From positions 179,886 to 243,885 of the forward strand of contig NZ_JAIQDE010000007.1 of assembly GCF_020037015.1 (NCBI RefSeq): a stretch of DNA of 64,000 bases, given 5' to 3'. Positions 57,303 to 64,000 of the stretch are shown one piece after another (within the stretch, counting starts at the first letter, position 1; each line of letters opens with the position of its first letter). The notes below the pieces were generated by a model that worked only from the letters and a program-made list of their open reading frames with translations, searched no databases and was not told where the DNA came from. Source of the DNA: Corallococcus sp. AS-1-6. GTDB lineage: Bacteria; Myxococcota; Myxococcia; Myxococcales; Myxococcaceae. The translations under genes and the position numbers were made by a program.

Positions 57303-59864
57303 ATGAGTGCCTCCGCCGACACCCGCGCCCCGCTCGCCGCCCTGCTGCCCAAGCCCGGCGAGCCCCCACTCGACGCCGACGAGATCCTCAACCGCTTCGT
57401 GAGCTACGTGGCCACGAACGGCTTGAGCCTGTACTCCGCCCAGGAGGAGGCCATCCTGGAGCTCCTGAGCGACAAGCACCTGTTCCTCAAGACGCCCACG
57501 GGCTCCGGCAAGTCGCTGGTGGCCATGGCGCTCCACTTCAAGGCCATGGCCGAGGGCAAGGTGTCGTTCTACACGTGCCCCATCAAGGCGCTGGTGAACG
57601 AGAAGTTCTTCGCGCTCTCCAAGGCCTTCGGCCCGGAGAACGTGGGCATGCTGACGGGCGACGCGTCCATCAACCGCGAGGCGCCCATCCTCTGCTGCAC
57701 GGCGGAGATCCTGTCGAACCTCGCGCTGCGTGACGCGTCCGCGCGCGTGGACGCGGTGGTGATGGACGAGTTCCACTACTACTCCGACAAGGAGCGCGGG
57801 GTGGCCTGGCAGATCCCGCTGCTGGCGCTGCCCAAGACGCAGTTCCTGCTGATGTCCGCCACGCTGGGCGACACGCACGTCATCGAGCAGAGCCTGGAGA
57901 AGCTCACCGGCCGAGAGGTGGCCACGGTGCGCAGCTCCGAGCGCCCCGTGCCGCTGGACTTCGACTACCGCGAGGTGCCGCTGCACGAGACCATCCAGGA
58001 CCTCATCGCGCGCGGGAAGTACCCCGTCTACCTGGTGAACTTCACGCAGCGGGCCGCGGCCGAGCAGGCGCAGAACCTGATGTCCGTGGACTTCAACACC
58101 AAGGAAGAGAAGGAGGAGATCCGCCAGGCGCTGCTGGACGCCCCCTTCGATACGCCCTACGGCAAGGACTTCCAGCGCTTCCTGCGCCACGGCATCGGCA
58201 TGCACCACGCGGGCCTGCTGCCCAAGTACCGCCTGCTGGTGGAGAAGCTGGCGCAGCAGGGCCTGCTCAAGGTCATCAGCGGCACGGACACGCTGGGCGT
58301 GGGCGTGAACATCCCCATCCGCACGGTGCTCTTCACGCAGTTGTTCAAGTTCAACGGCGAGAAGCTGGCGACCTTGAGCGTGCGCGACTTCAAGCAGATC
58401 GCCGGCCGTGCGGGCCGCAAGGGCTTCGACACCGAGGGCAGCGTGGTGGCGCAGGCCCCGGAGTACATGATTGAGAACATCCGCCAGGCGGCGAAGGAGG
58501 CCGCGGGCAAGAAGAAGTCCCCCAAGGCGAAGCCGCCGCAGAAGGGCTTCGTGCAGTACGACAAGAGCACCTTCGAGCGGCTCCAGAACGGCCTGCCGGA
58601 GCCGCTGGAGTCGCGCTTCGACGTGACCCACGGCCTGCTGCTCAACCTGCTCCAGAGCGACAAGACGGAGGGCAGCGGCGGCTACCGGCGGCTGGTGCAG
58701 TTGGTGATGCGCTCGCACAGCTCCGACTACACGAAGAAGAAGATCCTGAAGGACGCGGCGATGTACTTCCGCACGCTGCGCGAAGCGGGCATCGTCAAGG
58801 TGGTGCAGTGGGAGAAGCACTCGGCGACGGTGGAGGTGGCGGAGGACCTGCAGCGCGACTTCAGCCTCAACCACACGCTGTCCCTGTACCTGCACGAGAC
58901 GCTGGAGCTGTTGGACCCCACGCTGGACACGTACGCGCTGGACGTCGTCACGCTGGTGGAGTCCATCCTGGAGAACCCGGAGGTGGTGCTGTACGCGCAG
59001 TTGCACCAGTTGAAGGGGGAGAAGATCCAGGAGATGAAGGCGCGGGGCGTGGAGTACGACGACCGCATGGAGGAGCTGGAGAAGCTGGAGTGGCCCAAGC
59101 CCAACCGTGAGTTCATCTACGGCACCTTCAACGCCTTCGCGAAGAAGCACCCGTGGGTGGGCGAGGAGAACATCCGGCCCAAGTCCATCGTCCGGGACAT
59201 GTTCGAGCGCTTCATGTCCTTCCACGACTACGTGCGCGAGTACGGCCTCCAGCGCAGCGAGGGCGTGCTGCTGCGCTACGTGGGGGACGTCTACAAGTCG
59301 CTGGTGCAGACGGTGCCGGAGAAGTTCCGCAACGAGGACCTGGACGACATCATCGACCACCTGCGCGCGACGCTGCGTCAGGTGGACTCCAGCCTCCTGG
59401 ACGAGTGGGAGCGGATGCGCAACCCGGAGGCCCCCATCGAAGTGAAGCCGGTGGTGGACCTCAAGCCCAAGGAGCTCACGGAGGACCCCAAGGCCTTCGC
59501 CGCGCGCGTGCGCGAGGAGCTGCACCGGCTGCTGCGCGCGCTGGGCCAGCGCCGCTACCTGGACGCGCTGGGCATGCTGGACAACGCGCTGGGCGAGTGG
59601 ACCGCGCCGAAGCTCGAGCAGGCCATGGCGCCGTACTTCGAGGAGCACAAGCTGGTGGTGCTCACGCCCCAGGCGCGCAAGCCGGCGAACACGCAGCTCA
59701 AGGAGTCCGGTACGCGCCAGTGGGAGGCCCAGCAGCGCATCATGGACCCCGAGGGCCATGGGGACTGGGTCATCGACTGTGAGATTGACCTGCGCGGCCG
59801 GCGCATGGACGACGGCCCCATCCTGATGCTGCGCCGCATTGGCGGCATGGCCGCCTGGTCGTAG
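57303..59864 (+). CDS. Ski2/Lhr-like DExH-box helicase (DUF3516-type)
   Basis: Motifs are TPTGSGKS (I), MDEFHYY (II), MSATL (III) and QIAGRAGRKG (VI). HHAGL resembles the Ski2 HHSGL. It has a ~450-aa C-terminal extension and is 853 aa. Confidence 0.8.
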   Translation: MSASADTRAPLAALLPKPGEPPLDADEILNRFVSYVATNGLSLYSAQEEAILELLSDKHLFLKTPTGSGKSLVAMALHFKAMAEGKVSFYTCPIKALVNEKFFALSKAFGPENVGMLTGDASINREAPILCCTAEILSNLALRDASARVDAVVMDEFHYYSDKERGVAWQIPLLALPKTQFLLMSATLGDTHVIEQSLEKLTGREVATVRSSERPVPLDFDYREVPLHETIQDLIARGKYPVYLVNFTQRAAAEQAQNLMSVDFNTKEEKEEIRQALLDAPFDTPYGKDFQRFLRHGIGMHHAGLLPKYRLLVEKLAQQGLLKVISGTDTLGVGVNIPIRTVLFTQLFKFNGEKLATLSVRDFKQIAGRAGRKGFDTEGSVVAQAPEYMIENIRQAAKEAAGKKKSPKAKPPQKGFVQYDKSTFERLQNGLPEPLESRFDVTHGLLLNLLQSDKTEGSGGYRRLVQLVMRSHSSDYTKKKILKDAAMYFRTLREAGIVKVVQWEKHSATVEVAEDLQRDFSLNHTLSLYLHETLELLDPTLDTYALDVVTLVESILENPEVVLYAQLHQLKGEKIQEMKARGVEYDDRMEELEKLEWPKPNREFIYGTFNAFAKKHPWVGEENIRPKSIVRDMFERFMSFHDYVREYGLQRSEGVLLRYVGDVYKSLVQTVPEKFRNEDLDDIIDHLRATLRQVDSSLLDEWERMRNPEAPIEVKPVVDLKPKELTEDPKAFAARVREELHRLLRALGQRRYLDALGMLDNALGEWTAPKLEQAMAPYFEEHKLVVLTPQARKPANTQLKESGTRQWEAQQRIMDPEGHGDWVIDCEIDLRGRRMDDGPILMLRRIGGMAAWS

Positions 59865-59870
59865 GGCGTA

Positions 59871-60164
59871 TCAGGCGGGCGGCGGCTTGGTGATTCCGGA
59901 GCCTTGGGCCGCCTCGCGCACGGTGCGGGCGGCGACCTCCACCTCCGCGAGGATGCGGCGCGCGTGCTGGAGCAGGGCCTCGCCGGTGGGCAGCAGGCGC
60001 ATGCCCTTGGGGACGCGCTCGAAGAGGGGCGTGCCCAGCTCATCCTCCAGGGCGAGGATGTGACGGCTGAGCGGCGGCTGGGTGAGGTGCAGCCGGCGCG
60101 CGGCCCGGCCCACGTGGCCCTCTTCCGCCACCGCGACGAAGGACTGGAGGTGCGTGATGCTCAC
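59871..60164 (-). pseudogene. Truncated LysR-family regulator: HTH domain only (97 aa), abutting the helicase 3' end
   Basis: MSITHLQSFVAVAEEGHVGRAARRLHLTQPPLSRHILALEDELGTPLFER is a complete LysR HTH. The ORF stops 6 nt from the helicase stop. There is no substrate-binding domain. Confidence 0.5.
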
Positions 60165-60256
60165 GCGCGGGAGGCTAGCGCGAGTCGTGCGCGCCGTGCA
60201 CGCGGGCCGCGTGATGCCAGAACAGCATTGGACGTTCCGGACGGGCGGGTGCCACC

Positions 60257-61057
60257 TTGCCCGGCATGGGCATCCCTCTCTTCAAGGGCAGTGAAGTGGA
60301 ACGGCTGCGGCTGGCGGGCCGCGCGGCGGCGGGCACACTGGAGCACGTGGCCTCCCGGCTCCAGCCGGGCGTGACGACGGCGGACATCGACACCTGGGTT
60401 CGCGAGGACACGGCCCGGCGCGGAGGCACCCCGAGCCAACTGGGCTACAAGGGCTATCCGGCCACGGTGTGCACCAGCCGCAACCACGTGGTGTGCCATG
60501 GCGTCCCGCGCGCGGATGAGGTGCTGAAGCCCGGCGACATCGTCAACGTGGACGTGACGACGCACCTGGACGGCTTCCACGGCGACACGTCCGCCACGTT
60601 CATGATTGGCGAGGTCTCCGCGGACGCGAAGCACGTCGTGGACGTGGCGCGGCGCTGCCGGGACGTGGGCGTGTCCGTGGTGCGGCACGGCGCGCGGCTG
60701 GGGGACATTGGCGCGGCGGTGATGGCGCTGGCGAAGGCGGAGGGGTGCAGCGTGGTGGAGGAGTTCGGGGGCCACGGCATCGGCAGGCAGATGCATGGGG
60801 AGCCGCACGTGCCGCACGTGGCCAGGGCGGGCACGGGCATCACGCTGAAGTCGGGGATGGTCATCACCATCGAGCCGATGATCAACCTGGGGCGGCCGGA
60901 CATCCGGATGATGCCGGACGGGTGGACCGTCGTGACCGCGGACGGCAGCCTGTCCGCGCAGTTCGAGCACACCGTGCTCGTCACCCGCGACGGCTGCGAG
61001 ATCCTCACCCCCAGCGAGCTGTCCCTGCACATCCCCGTGAGCCATCCGAAAAGCTGA
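60257..61057 (+). CDS. map: Type I methionine aminopeptidase
   Basis: Metal ligands are in the canonical pita-bread context (DIVNVDVT, HGIGRQMHGEP, ITIEPMIN). It is 266 aa. Confidence 0.85.
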   Translation: MPGMGIPLFKGSEVERLRLAGRAAAGTLEHVASRLQPGVTTADIDTWVREDTARRGGTPSQLGYKGYPATVCTSRNHVVCHGVPRADEVLKPGDIVNVDVTTHLDGFHGDTSATFMIGEVSADAKHVVDVARRCRDVGVSVVRHGARLGDIGAAVMALAKAEGCSVVEEFGGHGIGRQMHGEPHVPHVARAGTGITLKSGMVITIEPMINLGRPDIRMMPDGWTVVTADGSLSAQFEHTVLVTRDGCEILTPSELSLHIPVSHPKS

Positions 61058-61114
61058 TGGCTCATCGCTTCTGACATCTGGTGTCCGCAGGCAGCCAGGC
61101 GCATCTCCTGGCGA

Positions 61115-62092
61115 ATGGAAACGCCTCCACCGCTCCCTGTTGTCCGTCCCCGGGCCTGGACGGCAGGGCATGTCGTGATGCCGCTCGGCGCGGCGCTCTG
61201 CCTGCTGCCTTCCGTCTCCACCGGAGTGGCGCTGCTCGCGGGGCTGTGCGTGGCCCTGACCGTGGGGAATCCGTTCGCGGGGAAGACGCGAGCCCTGACG
61301 CCCCGGCTGTTGTCCCTGGCGGTGGTGGGGCTGGGCGCGGGCATGGACCTGCGCACGGTGCTCGCCGCGGGGCGTGAGGGGCTGGGCTACACGGTGGTGG
61401 GCATCGCGCTGTGTTTGACGCTGGGCGTGGGGCTCGCCCGGCTGCTGGGCGTGCCTCGCGTGACGGGGCTGCTCATCAGCGTGGGCACGGCCATCTGCGG
61501 TGGGAGCGCCATCGCGGCGGTGGTGCCGGTGCTGCGGCCCCAGGAGCATGAGACGTCGGTGGCCCTGGGGACGGTGTTCCTGCTCAATGCCGTGGCGCTG
61601 TTCGTCTTCCCCGTCGTGGGGCACGCGGTGGGGCTGACGCCGCACCAGTTCGGACTGTGGTGCGCGATGGCCATCCACGACACCAGCTCCGTGGTGGGCG
61701 CGGCGTTGCGCTACGGCCCGGAGGCGCTGGCGGTGGCCACGCCCGTGAAGCTGGCGCGGGCCCTGTGGATCCTCCCGCTGACGGTGGGCCTGGCCGCGTG
61801 GCGGCGGCGCGAGGGCCACACGGTGACGGGCCGGGTGCGCCGGCCGTGGTTCATCGCCGGGTTCCTCGGCGCGGCGGCGATCGTGACGGTGTTCCCGTCG
61901 CTCGCACCGGTGGGGCAGGGCGTGGCGGCCGTCGCCCGGCAGGTGCTCGTGGTGACGCTGTTCCTGCTGGGAGCGGGGCTGACGCGCGAGACGTTGAAGG
62001 CCGTGGGCCTCCGTCCGCTCGCGCAGGCGGTGGTGCTGTGGCTGATCGTGGCGGGCCTGTGCCTGGGCGCGCTGCTCCTGGGCTGGGCGTGA
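61115..62092 (+). CDS. YeiH/UPF0324-family inner-membrane protein (putative sulfate exporter family)
   Basis: 325 aa with ~10 TM helices and the pattern ICGGSAIAAV. A LysR gene is adjacent. Confidence 0.65.
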   Translation: METPPPLPVVRPRAWTAGHVVMPLGAALCLLPSVSTGVALLAGLCVALTVGNPFAGKTRALTPRLLSLAVVGLGAGMDLRTVLAAGREGLGYTVVGIALCLTLGVGLARLLGVPRVTGLLISVGTAICGGSAIAAVVPVLRPQEHETSVALGTVFLLNAVALFVFPVVGHAVGLTPHQFGLWCAMAIHDTSSVVGAALRYGPEALAVATPVKLARALWILPLTVGLAAWRRREGHTVTGRVRRPWFIAGFLGAAAIVTVFPSLAPVGQGVAAVARQVLVVTLFLLGAGLTRETLKAVGLRPLAQAVVLWLIVAGLCLGALLLGWA

Positions 62093-62101
62093 GCCTCCGG
62101 C

Positions 62102-63016
62102 TCAGGGCAGCAGCACGGGGGGCGTGGCGCGGGCATGGCGCAGGAAGCGGCCCGCGGCTCCGGATGGCTCGGCCACGGGCAGGGCCCAGGAGAAGGCTCG
62201 CGGGATTCGCAGCCCCGGGACGGGCAGCACCTGGAAGCGGCCCTGGGACAGCTCGCCGTCGATGCTCCAGCGGGACAACAGCGCCACGCCCAGGCCCAGG
62301 GACACGGCCCGCTTGATCGCCTCGGTGCTGCCCAACTGGAGGTCGCCGCGTCGCGGCCCCTTGCGCACGCCCGCCTTGCGCAGGGCCCTATCCAACACGG
62401 CGCGCGTGCCGGAGCCCTGCTCCCGCCACAAGAGCGGCACCTCCCGCAGCGCCTCCATGGTGCGGATCCGCGACCACTCGGCCGGCCCCTGGGACGAGAC
62501 GACCGGCACCAGCTCGTCATCCAGGTAGCGCTCCAGCCGGATGCCGGGCGCCCTCGCGTGGCCCTCCACCAGCCCGAGCGGTACCCGGCCCTCCGACAGC
62601 CACGTCAGCACGTCGCGCGTATTGCCTACTTCCAGACGGACCTGGAGCTCGCGGTGCGTCCGCAGGAAGGACGCCAGCAGGCCCGGCACGATGGCGTTGG
62701 CCACGGTGGTGCTCGCCGCCAGCGCCAGCTCTCCCGTGAGCGTCTCCCCCGCCGCGATGGCGAGCGCCGCCTCGTCCAGCAGGCCGTGGATGCGCTGGGC
62801 ATAGTCGAAGAGCACGCGCCCCGCCGCGTTCAGCCGCACCCCGCGTGCCGTGCGCACGAGGAGCGGTTGGCCGCAGTCCGCCTCCAGTTGCCGGACCTGC
62901 GCGGTGACCGCGGGCTGCGACAGGTGGAGCAGGCGCGAGGCGGCGGAGATCTGCCCGGTCGAGGCGACGACGCGGAAGGTTTCGAGCCTGCGGGGGTCGA
63001 CGAACAAGGCCGTCAT
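62102..63016 (-). CDS. LysR-family transcriptional regulator
   Basis: Start MTALFVDPRRLETFRVVASTGQISAASRLLHLSQPAVTAQVRQLE. A full substrate-binding domain is present. It is 304 aa. Confidence 0.8.
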   Translation of the reverse strand: MTALFVDPRRLETFRVVASTGQISAASRLLHLSQPAVTAQVRQLEADCGQPLLVRTARGVRLNAAGRVLFDYAQRIHGLLDEAALAIAAGETLTGELALAASTTVANAIVPGLLASFLRTHRELQVRLEVGNTRDVLTWLSEGRVPLGLVEGHARAPGIRLERYLDDELVPVVSSQGPAEWSRIRTMEALREVPLLWREQGSGTRAVLDRALRKAGVRKGPRRGDLQLGSTEAIKRAVSLGLGVALLSRWSIDGELSQGRFQVLPVPGLRIPRAFSWALPVAEPSGAAGRFLRHARATPPVLLP

Positions 63017-63149
63017 CCTAGACGAGACGCGAAAGAGGGGGCGCCCGCATCGCTGGGTGTTGAGAAGGGGGCGCTTGCGTCCGCCTGCCCGGCCGGGCAG
63101 GCGGTGGTTCTCGTTGGAAGCGTCAGGGCCTTTGATAGGTTGCCGCCCC

Positions 63150-64000
63150 ATGAAGAAGATTTTGGTCGCGCTCCTCGTGCTCATCGTCCTGGCGGTCGCG
63201 GGTGCAGGCGGCGTGTTCATGCACTTCCAGAACGCCACCACCGCGCCGCACGCGGCGGCGGATCCGGCGCCCAGGGAGTTCGTGGTGAAGAAGGGCGCGT
63301 CCGCGCGCTCGCTGGGCCAGCAGCTCCAGGCCCAGGGCTTCCTGGACGACCCCAACGTCTGGCGCTTCCACCTGTGGCGCCGGGGCAGCCTCAACGTGAA
63401 GGCCGGCCGCTTCATGCTCAGCCCCACCGCCTCCGTGGCGGAGCTCGCCAACGCCCTGGAAGGCCAGCCGCTGCCGGAGGACGTGCCCTTCGCGATGATC
63501 GAAGGCTGGCGCCTGCGCGACACCGACCAGGTGCTCGCCGCCCAGGGGCTCATCAAGCCCGGGGAGTACATCGCCGCGGCCAGCCAGCCGGGCCGCTTCG
63601 CCGCGCCGTTCCCGCTGCCCACGCGCAGCCTGGAGGGCTACCTCTACCCGGAGACGTACGGAATCATCGCGGCCAACTTCAAGGTGGAGTCCTTCATCCA
63701 GCGGCAGATCGACACCTTCCGCGCGCGCTTCTACGACGAGCACAAGGAGGAGATCGCCAAGAGCGGCCGGTCGCTGCACGACATCGTCGTGATGGCTTCC
63801 ATGCTGGAGCGCGAGGAGCCCGTGCCCTCCCAGCGCGCGCTCGTCGCGGGCATCCTCTGGAAGCGCGTGGACAAGGGCTTCCCGCTGGGCGTGGACGCCA
63901 CCAGCCGCTACGAGCTGGCGGAGTGGAACGACCGCAAGGCGTTCCTCAAGCGGCTGCGGGACAACTCGGATCCGTGGAACTCGCGCACCCGCGCGGGCCT
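63150..64000 (+). CDS. mltG: Endolytic murein transglycosylase MltG (YceG-like), 3'-truncated by window end
   Basis: It has a signal-anchor MKKILVALLVLIVLAVAG. The YceG motifs are EGYLYPETY and LVAGILWKR. Confidence 0.8.
   Translation, partial: MKKILVALLVLIVLAVAGAGGVFMHFQNATTAPHAAADPAPREFVVKKGASARSLGQQLQAQGFLDDPNVWRFHLWRRGSLNVKAGRFMLSPTASVAELANALEGQPLPEDVPFAMIEGWRLRDTDQVLAAQGLIKPGEYIAAASQPGRFAAPFPLPTRSLEGYLYPETYGIIAANFKVESFIQRQIDTFRARFYDEHKEEIAKSGRSLHDIVVMASMLEREEPVPSQRALVAGILWKRVDKGFPLGVDATSRYELAEWNDRKAFLKRLRDNSDPWNSRTRAG

Overview
This is a high-GC (visually ~68-70%) myxobacterial chromosomal segment, probably Myxococcus or Corallococcus. The evidence is a MYXO-CTERM sorting tail on a giant Kelch/HYR protein, an OmpA protein with thrombospondin type-3 repeats, Ser/Thr kinases, and a DUF2378 paralog. 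Almost every + strand coding gene carries a long R/G/H-rich antisense ORF on the other strand; I treat these as GC artefacts.

Layout along the window:
- 1-13.4 kb: a polysaccharide or O-antigen-type cluster.
  - It includes a GT2 C-terminus and a 1.2k-aa fusion of TylF-type sugar O-methyltransferase, coiled coil and two GT-B domains.
  - It also has a second methyltransferase, a three-component periplasmic glycosylation module (GT2 + DUF2304-like + DUF2142), a GT4, and rfbB-rfbD-rfbA-rfbC.
- 13.5-19.6 kb: housekeeping and accessory genes. These are YihY, a cytochrome P460-like lipoprotein, a Cys-rich lipoprotein, an HxlR/GST divergent pair, a degenerate Ser/Thr pseudokinase and a large hypothetical.
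- 19.6-22.8 kb: a sharply lower-GC (~50%) two-gene island. It encodes a PD-(D/E)xK-like protein (281 aa) translationally coupled to an SF2 DExx helicase (705 aa). The architecture resembles a Hachiman (HamA/HamB) anti-phage system.
- 22.8-34.6 kb: a mixed block.
  - Housekeeping: an ABC-F ATPase and tgt.
  - Repair and small enzymes: a UvrC-N-terminal-only GIY-YIG/UVR protein, a hexapeptide acetyltransferase and an HAD hydrolase.
  - Surface proteins: an OmpA-TSP3 outer-membrane protein with 87-bp tandem repeats, and a 1099-aa Kelch/HYR/MYXO-CTERM surface lipoprotein.
- 34.7-37.4 kb: a slightly lower-GC three-gene minus-strand operon. Its middle gene is a lipoprotein with a C-terminal PD-(D/E)xK-like motif followed by an overlapping ORF. 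This could be a SitA/SitI-like toxin/immunity pair.
- 37.5-48 kb: an MnmC-like methyltransferase, DUF2378, LysR/NmrA, a Pat-like acetyl-CoA-synthetase/GNAT fusion, two secreted proteins, a bona fide Ser/Thr kinase and DUF4142.
- 48.3-59.9 kb: the most unusual feature. Eleven + strand genes are tightly packed, with ATGA or GTGA overlaps.
  - The first protein is built from five ribosomal bL12-CTD-like repeats.
  - Six paralogs share an unrecognised ~150-aa domain. One copy is split around a ~550-aa insert that contains an OmpA-like domain.
  - The paralogs variously carry OmpA-like, carboxypeptidase-regulatory-like and PASTA-like accessory domains.
  - There is a Glu/Arg coiled-coil protein with a Met/Asp-rich tail, and a terminal DUF3516-type Ski2-like DExH helicase.
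  - The block ends against a truncated LysR HTH fragment.
  - I could not assign this block to any described system. I flag it as a candidate novel envelope or peptidoglycan-associated assembly.
- 60.2-64 kb: methionine aminopeptidase, YeiH-family transporter, LysR, and the start of MltG.

I found no rRNA genes, no convincing tRNA genes and no CRISPR array.
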